The notes under the pieces were generated by a model. It was not told the DNA's origin and searched no databases. It saw only the letters and a list, made by a program, of their open reading frames with translations. DNA of 64,000 nucleotides from an uncultured Candidatus Binatia bacterium (GTDB lineage: Bacteria > Desulfobacterota > Binatia > Bin18), in contig OZ243961.1 of NCBI GenBank assembly GCA_965214605.1, positions 64,001-128,000 on the forward strand, read 5' to 3'. Below are positions 38,883 through 48,837 of the stretch, piece after piece. Position 1 is the stretch's first letter, and every line of letters starts with the position of its first letter. The position numbers and the translations under genes are program-made.

Positions 38883-39946
38883 GTGCTTGGCCGTCGCCGC
38901 CGCGCGGGGTCCTCAAGCCACGGGATTGGGATCATTGATTCCTTTGGATCGATCCTGGTGCTGGGCGGAACGATTTCGTCAATCCGATCGAGGACATCGG
39001 TGGGTAAGCGCAGCTCTACGGCGGCAAGATTGTCTTCGACTTGCTCAAAGGTTTTCGGGCCAATGATAATGGCGCTGACGGCCGGGTGTTCGGCGGCAAA
39101 GGCCAGGGCCATATGGGTGAGCGAATAGCCGGCCTCGTCAGCTAGGGCGGACAGCTGCTCAACCACATCATATTTTCGTTGGACCTCTGCCCGCTCCACA
39201 TTCCACACTCCCATGCGTCCCAGGCGTCCGGCCGCGCGACTGTTGGGCGGCAGCGGCTCATCGCGCTTGTACTTGCCGGTCAGCCAGCCTCCGGCGAGAG
39301 GGGCGTAGGTCATGGTGCCGACCCCGTGTCGCTGGCAAGTGGGGAAGACGCCGATTTCGCCGCCCCGGCTGAGCAGGGAGTAAATACACTGCTCGCTGCG
39401 CACCCGAGCCAGATTGCGCTGCTCGGCAAGACGCTGCGCCTCGACAATCCACTCGGCGGGTGTGGCTGAGGTGCCGATGACCCGAATCTTGCCCGCACGC
39501 TGGAGATCGGTCATCGCGGCGAGCGATTCTTCGAGCTCGGTGTCCCAGTCGCGTCGGTGGAGCTGGTACACGTCAATATAGTCGGTCTCCAGCCGTTGGA
39601 GACTGTGCTCAACCGCCCGAACGATCCATCGCCGTGAACCACCGCCAATGTTGACGTCTTTGGCCTGTCTGGAAAACTGACCGACCCGTTCGGTGGGAAA
39701 GAAGCACTTGGTGGCCAGCACCACCTCGTCCCGTCGACCTTTGAGAGCCTTGGCCAGAATGCGTTCCGACTCACCGTTCGAGTAGGCGTCGGAGGTGTCG
39801 ATGAAGTTGATCCCGGCCTCAAGTGCGGTATGGGTAATCCGAACACATTCGTTGTGATCGGTATTGCCCATCTTGCCGAACATCATTGCGCCGAGGCAGA
39901 AATGACTGACTTTTATGCCGCTGCCACCGAGGGGGCGATATTCCAT
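38879..39946 (-). CDS. Aldo/keto reductase
   Basis: GINFIDTSDAYS, LATK, DYIDVYQLH, PLAGGWLTGKY. Confidence 0.95.
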   Translation of the reverse strand: MEYRPLGGSGIKVSHFCLGAMMFGKMGNTDHNECVRITHTALEAGINFIDTSDAYSNGESERILAKALKGRRDEVVLATKCFFPTERVGQFSRQAKDVNIGGGSRRWIVRAVEHSLQRLETDYIDVYQLHRRDWDTELEESLAAMTDLQRAGKIRVIGTSATPAEWIVEAQRLAEQRNLARVRSEQCIYSLLSRGGEIGVFPTCQRHGVGTMTYAPLAGGWLTGKYKRDEPLPPNSRAAGRLGRMGVWNVERAEVQRKYDVVEQLSALADEAGYSLTHMALAFAAEHPAVSAIIIGPKTFEQVEDNLAAVELRLPTDVLDRIDEIVPPSTRIDPKESMIPIPWLEDPARRRRPST

Positions 39947-39960
39947 GGCTGCTCCTTCGC

Positions 39961-40908
39961 CTAGACTGCGACATGGGGAACGATCGCGTCGATGTCTTGG
40001 AGATCTGCGACCGACAGCTTCCAGCCCGCGGCCGCGGCGTTGGCGCGGACCTGGGCCGGTTTCGTCGCGCCGGCAATGACGGAGGCGACACACGGTTGAG
40101 CGGCCAGCCATGAGAAGGCCAGTTCCAGCAGACTATGACCGCGCTCCTCAGCAAACGTTTGGAGCGCCTCAAGCTTGGTAAAGTTCTCGTCCGTTGCCCA
40201 GCTCTGAAACCGTTCGAGTGCACCTAGGCGGGTGTCGGGGTCAAAGCCTTGGCCGCGTCGATATTTCCCGGTTAGCAACCCGTTGGCCAGGGGAAAGTAG
40301 GGCAGTTGGCCGAGCTTATGGGTGTCGCAGGCAGGGATCGCGTCATCTTCGACCTCCCGTTTGAGCAGGCTCCACTCGTTCTGGGCGGTATCAAAGCGGA
40401 CAAAGTTTCGGTCCTGAGCCATGCTCTCCGCGGCGTCAATCATCGCTCCGGTGTAGTTCGAATGGCCGATGGCCCGGACCTTGCCTTGCCGGACTAGGTC
40501 GTCTAGCGTCTCAAGCGTTTCCTCAACCGGGGTGGTCTCGTCCGGATAGTGCATCTGATAGACATCGATCCAGTCGGTCCGCAAGCGTTTGAGGCTCTCC
40601 TCAACACGAGCCATGATATAGGCCCGCGAGCCCCAGCGTTCGCCGGTTTTTTTGATCTTGGCGACGCCGCCAAATTTGGTGGCCAGGATGAGGTCTTTGC
40701 GGCGAGGGCCCAGCACTTGGCCAATCATATCTTCAGACGTGCCGAACCCGTACAGATCGGCCGTATCCAAAAAATTGATCCCGGCGTCAAGGGCCGCCTC
40801 AATGACGGCTCGACATTCTTGGAGCTGAATGCGCATGCCAAAATTGTTGCAGCCCAGCCCAACAATGCTGGCCTGTAGGCCTGATGAGCCCAACGGACGT
40901 GTTTCCAT
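39961..40908 (-). CDS. Aldo/keto reductase
   Basis: GLGCNNFG, DTADLYG, LATKF, IDVYQMH, PYFPLANGLLTGKY. Confidence 0.95.
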   Translation of the reverse strand: METRPLGSSGLQASIVGLGCNNFGMRIQLQECRAVIEAALDAGINFLDTADLYGFGTSEDMIGQVLGPRRKDLILATKFGGVAKIKKTGERWGSRAYIMARVEESLKRLRTDWIDVYQMHYPDETTPVEETLETLDDLVRQGKVRAIGHSNYTGAMIDAAESMAQDRNFVRFDTAQNEWSLLKREVEDDAIPACDTHKLGQLPYFPLANGLLTGKYRRGQGFDPDTRLGALERFQSWATDENFTKLEALQTFAEERGHSLLELAFSWLAAQPCVASVIAGATKPAQVRANAAAAGWKLSVADLQDIDAIVPHVAV

Positions 40909-40997
40909 GCTTGTCCCTCCTTCGCCTCCGCGTGTGTGGTGATAAGACGCGGCAGACGCTAGCATTTTCGTGGCGGAAATTCGAGAGGGCGGTAGGG

Positions 40998-41654
40998 CTA
41001 GGTTGTGTCGGTTGATCCGGACCTAGACTGCCCGCCTGCCTCGGTTGCCGGGGCCTGGCCGAACGACCCGCTCCCCGAATCTAGAAACGCCTGCTCGTCT
41101 GGCGTGGAGCGGCGTCCAAGGATGGCATTGCGGTGCGGAAAGCGGCCGAAACGCTGCATGATGGTCAGGTGTTTGTGGGCGAAGTCGAGCCATGAGCTGA
41201 GAAACGCGTGCCACTCAGACGGGGCTTGGGCCAACAGGGTCTTGCAGTGCCGGACCGACGCTTCCTGCAACGTGATATCCTCGGCGTGCTGCAGGGGCAT
41301 GAGAAAGAAGGCTTGTTCGACGGGTGTGAGCTGGGTCAGATACATTTTTTCCAGACCGTACTGACAGATTTGCTGGGCTTGTAGGTCTGTACCAAACGCC
41401 GCCGGAGTGCCCCGAAACAGGTTGCGCGGCAACTGATCTAGGGCAATGACAAGCGCTAGACAGGAGCGGGCCGCGGTCTGCCACGCCTGTAGTCCTCCGC
41501 TGCGGGCTTGGGCGTACACCCCGGAGAAGCGGTCCCGCAGCTGGGCGTCAATGTGTGGACCCGCCTCAAACCAGAAAGCATAGCGTTTCTCTGCCGCCTG
41601 GGCGTCAGTGACGGCGTCGGCAAACCAAAATGTTAGCAGGTGGTCTGGATTCAT
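40998..41654 (-). CDS. DUF924 family protein
   Basis: LDQLPRNLFR, F.LMPLQHAED, RFGRFPHRNAILGR.ST. Confidence 0.92.
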   Translation of the reverse strand: MNPDHLLTFWFADAVTDAQAAEKRYAFWFEAGPHIDAQLRDRFSGVYAQARSGGLQAWQTAARSCLALVIALDQLPRNLFRGTPAAFGTDLQAQQICQYGLEKMYLTQLTPVEQAFFLMPLQHAEDITLQEASVRHCKTLLAQAPSEWHAFLSSWLDFAHKHLTIMQRFGRFPHRNAILGRRSTPDEQAFLDSGSGSFGQAPATEAGGQSRSGSTDTT

Positions 41655-41822
41655 GGGTCACACTGTTTTTGTGTTTTTGTAAGTTGTAGGCTAGCATATC
41701 TGCCACCGGGAGGCGAGGGGAGAGTGGGCCGGGCAGGCCGGCACGAGCGGGTCGCTTGATCCCGAGGCCATATCCTTGTAGATGACTCGTTCCTGACGGG
41801 CTGAAGGGAGGGACGAAGCCGC

Positions 41823-44792
41823 ATGCGCTGTGCTCGGTGTGGGTTTGATGGATCCGATCTGTGGGAGGTGTTACCGGTCGTGCTCGCCCGTCTCCAGCAG
41901 GAAGGGCGGATAAGCTACCGTGCTCTGAAACGTGGTCTGGACTGTGATGATGAACTGCTGGAAGATTTGCGCACCGAGCTTGTCTTCAAACGGCTGGCCA
42001 CAGACGAAGACGGCAAGGGTTTGGTCTGGGTAGGAGAAGACCAACCTGTGGAGGAACCTTCTTCTCCCCTGTCCGACTCTGGCGCGCACGACGCCTGTCT
42101 TCACTCGGAGAGCTCGCTTCCGTCCCCGTCCACCCTCGCCGGTAAGGCCACCGGACTGGGGGAAGACACCCCCAGCAGCCCTGAGGCGGCTGAGTCAGAT
42201 TCGACCAATGAACAGGTGGCTGGCCTGCTCCAGGACGCAACGACTGGAGCCGGACCGCCACTTCTACTCGGCCGCGATGTGGAAGTCGGGCTGTGTGAGC
42301 AACGCTGGGAGCAGAGTAAGGAGGGCTTTGGCCAAGTTGTACTGGTGGGCGGCGCGGCAGGGATTGGCAAATCCCAGCTGGTGAGCTGGCTCGCTCACGT
42401 CGCGCAGCAAGACGGGGCGCGGTGTCTCAGCTTTCGCTGTCGGTCCGACTGGCAGCTGTCCACGCTGGGGCCTATTGTTGAACACTTACACCATCGCTTG
42501 GAGTGGCCGGCAGCGGCCAATCGGCTAGCTCGGCTGGAGACATTCTTGCGGGCGTCCAATCTGGCGGTGGATGAGATGCTGCCGATTTTTGCCCGCCTGC
42601 TGTCAGTCCCACTTGACGACCGCCCCGGCCCGCAGCTTGTCTCCCCCCGCCTGGAACGCCGAGCGCTGTACGCAGGGCTGACCGCCTGGCTCCTCCACGA
42701 AGCTCAACAGACGCCCGTCTTTATGTGCTGGGAGGATCTGCACTGGGCCGATCCGTCCACCCTGGAGCTTCTCGGCCTGCTGATTGAGCAGATACCCCGC
42801 CTCCGGATATTCAACGTTTGTACCTTTCGACCAGAATTTGTCGTGCCCTGGTCAAACCGTTCGTGTACGACTCCGCTATCGCTCGAAGCCCTGGAAGCGC
42901 CTGACACCGAGACGCTGGTCAGGCGTCTGGCGGACGGGGTGAGGCTGCCTGACGAACTGGTGGATGCTATTACCACAACTAGTGCGGGCGTTCCGCTGTT
43001 TGCCGAAACGCTCACCAAACTTGCTCTTGACTCAGCCCCGCTCAGGCCGGTCAATGGGCACGATGTTCTCCACGTCCCGCTCGCTGAGCTGAAGCTGCCG
43101 ACGACATTAGCCCAGGCAGTGGAGGCCCGGCTGGAGAAACTGCCCCAGGCCCAAGAGGCCGTCCAACTTGGGGCCGTGCTAGGGCCCGCTTTTTTGTATG
43201 AAACGCTACGTAGCCTGTTATCCACAGATGAGGGCTGCCTCCAAGAGCAGTGCGCCCAGTTAGTCCGGGCCGGGCTGTTTGTCCAACACGGAGCGGGGCC
43301 TCAGGCGCGCTATCACTTTGCCCATGAGGTGATCCGGCAGGTGGCCTATACCGCCACCCCTCCCCCGACGACCCAAAAATATCACCACCACTACGGCACC
43401 TTCTTAACCCGGCACCGCGCCGAGCTCGTCCAGACCCACCCGGAGTGTGTGGCGGCGCACTATGCCAAGGCCGGGACCAGCGAACCAGCCGTCGCCTATT
43501 GGCTCCAAGCCGGCCAACGGGCCTACGGCCAGGCGGCCTACCGCGAGGCGGCCGCGCACCTGCAGCACGGCTTGGCCGCGCTGCCGCAGGTGGCCGATGC
43601 GGCGACGCGCACCCCCCTCGAGTTTACGCTCCAGGCCTGGCTAGGGCGGGTGTGGGCGGCGGAGCGGAGTTTGCGGGCCCCCGAGGTCGCGCAGGCGTAT
43701 GGGCGGGCCCACGAACTGGCCCCGCACCTGCCGGCGGACCGGACGCTGGCCCCCCTCCTGTGTGCCGTCCGGCAGTTTTATGCGGCCCGGGCCGAGTACC
43801 AGACCGCCCGGGAGTTGGCCGACCACCAGCTCACCGTCGCCGACCAGACCGGAGAACGGGCGCTGCGACTGACCGCGCATGCCGGGCTGGGCGCGGTGTG
43901 TTTGTGGCTGGGCGACTACGCGGCCGCGCGTGAACATTTTGAGCAGACGCTCGCCCTCTACCAAGCCGCCAAACACCGCCGCCTAGCCCGGCGCTATGGG
44001 ACCAACCCGCAAACGCTGGCCTGTTCTTTGGCGGCCTGGACCGTGTGGTATCTGGGCTATCCGGAGCAGGCGCTGCGCCTCACCACCCAGGCTGAGCGGG
44101 TGGCCCAAGAGGCGACCGCTCCGCTGGAGCGGACCTGGGCTCTGCTGTGCTCCGCCTGGCTGCACCAACACCGTGGCGAGTGGCGACTGGTCCACGAGTT
44201 GGCGGCCCGGGGGCTGCGCTTGGCGACTGACCACGGCCTGTCTTTCCCGTCCGCTGTGGCCGGCGTACTCGAGGGCTGGACGCTGGCCAAACAGGGCCAG
44301 GCCGCGGCTGGTATTGCGCAGATCCGGCGGGGGGTGACCCTGGCCCAAGAGAGCGGGGTGGGGTGGGGGCGCCCCTATTTGCTGGGCCTGCTGGCGGCGG
44401 CCTACGGCGAGGCGGGCCAGGCGGAGCAGGGCTTGGAGGTGTTGGTCGACGCGCTGCGCCTCGTGCGGGAAACAAACGAGCGCTTCTGTGAACCTGAGCT
44501 GTACCGGCTACGGGGCGAGCTGCTGCTGGCTCGGGAGAACGGGCTGGCTGGACCTCAAGCTCCCTCTTCAGAGGCCGAAGATTGTCTGTTGCTGGCCATT
44601 AAAATTGCCCGCCGTCAGAGCGCAAAGTCCTGGGAATTACGGGCCGCACTCAGCCTGAGCCGCCTCCGGCAGCAGCAGGGGAAGGTCCAACAGGCTCAAC
44701 AAGTCGTAGAGTCGGTGTACGGCTGGTTCAGCGAGGGGCTTGATACGCCGGACGCCCAAGACGCCAAGGAGGTCCTGGCGACCCTGGGGTGA
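41823..44792 (+). CDS. AAA_16 / STAND-like ATPase with TPR region; related to adenylate cyclases but lacking the cyclase domain
   Basis: LLGRDVE, GAAGIGKS (Walker A), WEDLHWAD (Walker B), GVPLFAE, AKSWELRAALSL..., GWFSEGLDT. Confidence 0.88.
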   Translation: MRCARCGFDGSDLWEVLPVVLARLQQEGRISYRALKRGLDCDDELLEDLRTELVFKRLATDEDGKGLVWVGEDQPVEEPSSPLSDSGAHDACLHSESSLPSPSTLAGKATGLGEDTPSSPEAAESDSTNEQVAGLLQDATTGAGPPLLLGRDVEVGLCEQRWEQSKEGFGQVVLVGGAAGIGKSQLVSWLAHVAQQDGARCLSFRCRSDWQLSTLGPIVEHLHHRLEWPAAANRLARLETFLRASNLAVDEMLPIFARLLSVPLDDRPGPQLVSPRLERRALYAGLTAWLLHEAQQTPVFMCWEDLHWADPSTLELLGLLIEQIPRLRIFNVCTFRPEFVVPWSNRSCTTPLSLEALEAPDTETLVRRLADGVRLPDELVDAITTTSAGVPLFAETLTKLALDSAPLRPVNGHDVLHVPLAELKLPTTLAQAVEARLEKLPQAQEAVQLGAVLGPAFLYETLRSLLSTDEGCLQEQCAQLVRAGLFVQHGAGPQARYHFAHEVIRQVAYTATPPPTTQKYHHHYGTFLTRHRAELVQTHPECVAAHYAKAGTSEPAVAYWLQAGQRAYGQAAYREAAAHLQHGLAALPQVADAATRTPLEFTLQAWLGRVWAAERSLRAPEVAQAYGRAHELAPHLPADRTLAPLLCAVRQFYAARAEYQTARELADHQLTVADQTGERALRLTAHAGLGAVCLWLGDYAAAREHFEQTLALYQAAKHRRLARRYGTNPQTLACSLAAWTVWYLGYPEQALRLTTQAERVAQEATAPLERTWALLCSAWLHQHRGEWRLVHELAARGLRLATDHGLSFPSAVAGVLEGWTLAKQGQAAAGIAQIRRGVTLAQESGVGWGRPYLLGLLAAAYGEAGQAEQGLEVLVDALRLVRETNERFCEPELYRLRGELLLARENGLAGPQAPSSEAEDCLLLAIKIARRQSAKSWELRAALSLSRLRQQQGKVQQAQQVVESVYGWFSEGLDTPDAQDAKEVLATLG

Positions 44793-44850
44793 GGGGGCAG
44801 GCTGTTGAGGGGCTGACCATCCGGGGCAGGCGTGCTAGCTAAAGAGCAGC

Positions 44851-45642
44851 ATGACACAAGCCGAACCAGTTGGCATGATCCACCGGACCGTCTATGGGGT
44901 GCCGCTGACCCTCCTGGATCAGGGGCAGGGCCGTCCGCTCTTTGTCTTACACGGCGAGTCGGGTCTTGAGCCTCGGGCGTCCTTTCTCTCCCTGTTGGCC
45001 GAGCAGGGACGCGTGATCGCTCCTTGGCATCCGGGCTTTGGTCACGCCCCAGATGTGGACGCTATCGAGACGGTCGATGATCTGAGCTATCTGTACCTCG
45101 ACCTGCTTGAGGTGCTTGATCTACACGGAGTGACTGTTGTCGGCTGCTCGTTGGGCGGCTGGATAGCCGCCGAGATGGCTGTCAAGGGTGCTGAGCGACT
45201 GGCCAAGCTTGTGCTGGTCGCGCCGACCGGCATCAAAATCGGTGACCGTGAGACGCGCGACATCCCGGATATTTTTGCCCTGCCGCCGGACGAGGTCGCA
45301 CGATTGCAGTATCACGATCCCAGCCAGGCGGTCCAAGACTATACGGCGATGTCCGACGATGAACTGCGGGTCGTCATCCGCAACCAAGCAGCCACGGCGC
45401 TGTATGTCTGGGAGCCGTATTTTCATAATCCCAAGCTCCGTCAGCGTTTACACCGGATTCGTATTCCAACCCTGTTGGTGTGGGGCGCGAGTGACCGCTT
45501 TTTGCTTCCCGATTACTACGGCGCGGCCTATTGCGAAGCAATTCCCGACGCTCGCCTGGAAATCATTGAGCGGGCTGGCCACTGGCCACACCGCGAACAG
45601 CCGGCAGGCCTGGTTGAACACATTCGTCGTTTTCTTGGCTAA
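44851..45642 (+). CDS. Alpha/beta hydrolase
   Basis: GCSLGG, WGASD, AGHWP. Confidence 0.92.
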   Translation: MTQAEPVGMIHRTVYGVPLTLLDQGQGRPLFVLHGESGLEPRASFLSLLAEQGRVIAPWHPGFGHAPDVDAIETVDDLSYLYLDLLEVLDLHGVTVVGCSLGGWIAAEMAVKGAERLAKLVLVAPTGIKIGDRETRDIPDIFALPPDEVARLQYHDPSQAVQDYTAMSDDELRVVIRNQAATALYVWEPYFHNPKLRQRLHRIRIPTLLVWGASDRFLLPDYYGAAYCEAIPDARLEIIERAGHWPHREQPAGLVEHIRRFLG

Positions 45643-45678
45643 GGGAAACTGGGCGCGGCGAGGAAGGGAGAGACAGCC

Positions 45679-46830
45679 ATGCAGGCCTGGCACTTCAGCG
45701 AGAACGCCTACCACGTGCTCCCCGATGCCAAAGACTACAACTCAATCCGGGTCACCTTGCCCAACCGCTACTACGATCCCCAGCTCGGTGCCGACCTGTA
45801 TCACCGCTTTATCGACGAGTGGGTCATTGCCGATGCCCTTGGCCTGGAGGTGATGGTCAACGAGCATCACCAAACCGCCACGAACCTCAATCCCGCGGCA
45901 CCGATCATCATGGGGATTCTCGCCCGCGAAACCCGGCGCGCGCGGCTGTTGATTTTGGGGAATCCGATTGCCAACCGGCGCGAGCCGGTCCGGGTGGCCG
46001 AAGAGATGGCCATGGTCGATGTGTACTCGCGGGGGCGGCTTGAAGTTGGGTTTGTCCGTGGGGTGCCCTACGAGATCTCCGCCGGCAACCATCCGCCGAC
46101 CCGGATGCACGAACGTTTTTGGGAGGCCCACGATCTGATCCGCAAAGCCTGGACGAGCCATGACGGCCCGTTTAACTGGGAGGGCCGGTTTTTCCACCAC
46201 CGGCAAGTGAACATCTGGCCGCGGCCCTATCAGCAACCCCACCCGCCGGTCTGGATCACCGCTCTGAGCCCCGCCACAGCCAAAAAGGCGAGTGAGCACG
46301 GCCATGTGGCCGCCTGTTTCTTAACGGGTTTCCAGGGGACGAAAGCGATTTTTGATGCCTATCGCAAGCGCCGGGTCGAGTTGGGGATGCCCCCGCCCGA
46401 CCTCGACCGGTTGGCCTACGCGGCTCTGGTCTATACCGGGGAGACTGACGAAGCCGGCTTGGCCGGGGCGCGGAAGCTGATGTGGTATGTCGAGTCGAAC
46501 AAGGTGCCGCCCCAGTTCACGAATCCCCCCGGTTATCAGGCGACGGCAGCGAGCGTCGGGGCGCTGCGCGGGGCGGGTGGCATCTTCAAACTGTTCCAGC
46601 GTCCCAGCCTGGAGCGCTTCATGGCCAACGGACTGGTTTTTGCCGGTAATCCAGACAGTGTGTATCGGCAGATCATGCAGTTCTACGACTACGTCGGCGG
46701 GTTTGGCCATATGCTGCTGATGGGGCAAGCCGGGTACTTAGACCACCAAGAAACGGTCAAGGGGATGGAGTTGTTTGCCCGGGAAGTCTACCCGCGGCTC
46801 AAGGCGGGGGGAGGCACCGGCGGGCCTTGA
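45679..46830 (+). CDS. LLM class flavin-dependent oxidoreductase
   Basis: VNEHH, GNPIA..EPVRVAEE, PRPYQQPHPP, PPGY. Confidence 0.95.
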   Translation: MQAWHFSENAYHVLPDAKDYNSIRVTLPNRYYDPQLGADLYHRFIDEWVIADALGLEVMVNEHHQTATNLNPAAPIIMGILARETRRARLLILGNPIANRREPVRVAEEMAMVDVYSRGRLEVGFVRGVPYEISAGNHPPTRMHERFWEAHDLIRKAWTSHDGPFNWEGRFFHHRQVNIWPRPYQQPHPPVWITALSPATAKKASEHGHVAACFLTGFQGTKAIFDAYRKRRVELGMPPPDLDRLAYAALVYTGETDEAGLAGARKLMWYVESNKVPPQFTNPPGYQATAASVGALRGAGGIFKLFQRPSLERFMANGLVFAGNPDSVYRQIMQFYDYVGGFGHMLLMGQAGYLDHQETVKGMELFAREVYPRLKAGGGTGGP

Positions 46831-47066
46831 ACAGACACGGCCGTCGTTGACCGCTCCAGGGATATTCCGGGTGCCCCGCCGGTTTGTGTGGGAACGCGGG
46901 TGGCGGTCGGGGCCTTGTGCGATGAGGCCGGGCGATGGGCTTTTCTGGACGATTTCCCCGTGGTGAGCCACGAGCCGGCGGGGAGTGGGCCGGGGAAGCT
47001 CTGGTGACCGACGTTCAGGCGCATCGTTCTTGGGGAGGCGGGCTGCTGCGGAGGCTCCCCCGGCTA
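46831..47066 (+). pseudogene. Degenerate DUF433 antitoxin plus the start of a DUF5615 PIN toxin
   Basis: VVDRSRDIPGAPPVCVGTRVAVGAL...FLDDFPVVSHE matches the DUF433 consensus (DPDILGGTPVFVGTRVPV...FLDDFPTVSRE); followed by RIVLGE../LLRRLPRL. Confidence 0.65.
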
Positions 47067-47252
47067 AACCGTGCCGAGTCGCCTGAGGCGGTCGCGGTTG
47101 GCCGCAATATGGGCGAGCGCGGTAGGGAGACTCTTGGCGGGCCGCGAGGGCAGCCAGCCCGGATAGCCGGCAAGGGCAAACTCCTGGGCGATGCCGTGCC
47201 CCATCAGCCCCGCGCCAACAACCGTGACACATTGAATGTCGTCACCATCCAT
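47064..47252 (-). pseudogene. 5' fragment of 3-hydroxyacyl-CoA dehydrogenase
   Basis: Matches the first 60 or so codons of 55013-55960, then stops. Confidence 0.9.
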
Positions 47253-47895
47253 CCCGTCCTCCTGTCGTCCCCTCGGGACTTCTCTTCGCGAGACCCTTCA
47301 TGTCAGAAAACAACGGGCAAGACGAGGGCCTCCCAACAAATTTTGACAAGCCGGGCAAGACTGGGCTAGAGTTGGGCCCAACTGCCGAACGGAGAGGGAG
47401 GGACTGGGATGTCAAAGAAGACCGTGCTCGTTGCCGGAGCGTCCGGGCTTGTCGGCTCTGCGGCGGTGCGACATTTCTCCGGCCTGCCGGACTGGGAGGT
47501 CGTGGCCGTTTCTCGCCGGGCCCCACCCAGCCGGGAGGGGGTGAGGTTCCTCTCGGTCGATCTGACCGACCCGTCCCGCTGCGCTGAGGTTTTCCGCCAG
47601 ATGAGCGAGGTGACCCACGTGGTTTATGCCGCGGTGAACGAAACACCGGGCCTCGTGGCGGGCTGGCTTGATCCACACCAGATGCAGACCAACCGCAGCA
47701 TGCTGGTCAATCTGTTTGAGCCCCTCGCCTCTGTCGCCAAAGCCCTCCAACACATCTCGGTCCTGCAAGGCACCAAAGCCTACGGCGCGCATATTGCCCC
47801 CTTTCCGGTTCCGGCCCGGGAACGCTGGCCCCGCCACCCGCACGCCAACTTCTACTGGCTGCACGAAGACTACATCAAAGATAAACAGCAGGGCA
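47073..47895. repeat. Copy A of an 823-bp inverted duplication (partner 54370-55192)
   Basis: Near-identical ORF translations on opposite strands; coordinates sum to 102265 throughout; about 12 mismatches seen. Confidence 0.95.
47343..47372 (+). promoter_or_regulatory. Candidate sigma70 promoter (also present in copy B, minus strand 54893-54922)
   Basis: TTGACA-N18-TAGAGT upstream of ATG 47409. Confidence 0.5.
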
Positions 47896-47921
47896 CGCTC
47901 AGGAAGAGCGGCACGCCCTAA
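47409..47921 (+). pseudogene. 3'-truncated copy of the PRISE-like SDR
   Basis: Matches the first 162 or so aa of 53759-54856, then diverges to TLRKSGTP*. Confidence 0.9.
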
Positions 47922-47933
47922 GGAGGAGAGCGG

Positions 47934-48809
47934 ATGCAACTTGTCACGTTCACCCACGCTGGAGCAACCCGCATCGGTGTCTTGGACAACGCGGAGGTGG
48001 TAGACTTGTCCGCCGCCGTGCCCGCCCTGCCGCGCGAAATGTGCGCCTTCCTGCGGGCCGGCAGTGAGGCCCTGGCCGCCGCCCACCACGCCGCCACCAC
48101 CGGCGCCGGCCGCCTGGCGCGGGGCGAAGTCACCATCGAGGCGCCGATTCTGCGCCCGCCCAAGATCCTCGCGGTGGGTCTGAACTATAAAGATCACATT
48201 GCTGAGGCTGGCATGAAACCGCCCGAGGTGCCGATGATCTTTAACAAACAATCGACCGCCGTGACCGGCCCGACCGACCCGATCCATATTCCCCGGGCGT
48301 CAGCCCAGGTGGACTATGAGTGCGAGCTGGCGGTGGTCATTGGGCGCTTCTGCCGCCATGTGCCCAAAAGTCGAGCGGCGGCGGTGATTGCCGGCTATAC
48401 CATTGCCAACGATGTCAGCGTCCGGGATTGGCAGCTGCGGGTGCCGACCTTTACGATGGGCAAGTCGTGGGACACCCACTGTCCGCTCGGCCCGTGTATT
48501 GTGACCGGGGAGGAGCTCGGCGACCCGCACGGCCTGGCGCTACAGACCTGGGTCAATGGGGAGTTGCGTCAGGACTCGAACACCCGTGAGCTGCTGTTCG
48601 ACTGTTTTGATCTGGTGGAGCATCTGTCCACGGCGTTTACGCTTGAGCCGGGGGACGTGATTTCGACCGGCACGCCGAGTGGGGTGGGGTTTGCCATGCG
48701 GCCGCCCCAGCTGCTCAAGCCGGGGGATACGGTCCGGATGCGGATTGAGAACATTGGCCAGCTTGAGAACCCGGTGATTCCGGAGCCCGCTGGCACGCCG
48801 CGTCTCTGA
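47934..48809 (+). CDS. Fumarylacetoacetate hydrolase family protein
   Basis: VGLNYKDH, VDYECEL, NDVSVRDWQ, GKSWDT, TGTPSGVG. Confidence 0.95.
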   Translation: MQLVTFTHAGATRIGVLDNAEVVDLSAAVPALPREMCAFLRAGSEALAAAHHAATTGAGRLARGEVTIEAPILRPPKILAVGLNYKDHIAEAGMKPPEVPMIFNKQSTAVTGPTDPIHIPRASAQVDYECELAVVIGRFCRHVPKSRAAAVIAGYTIANDVSVRDWQLRVPTFTMGKSWDTHCPLGPCIVTGEELGDPHGLALQTWVNGELRQDSNTRELLFDCFDLVEHLSTAFTLEPGDVISTGTPSGVGFAMRPPQLLKPGDTVRMRIENIGQLENPVIPEPAGTPRL

Positions 48810-48837
48810 GGCCGGCAAGAGAGAGAAGGAGGTCCGT

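Noticed and set aside
46828-47007. UGA readthrough fusing the LLM to the in-frame downstream peptide
   Set aside because: The LLM is already complete, there is no redox motif at the UGA, and the downstream sequence is a decayed DUF433.
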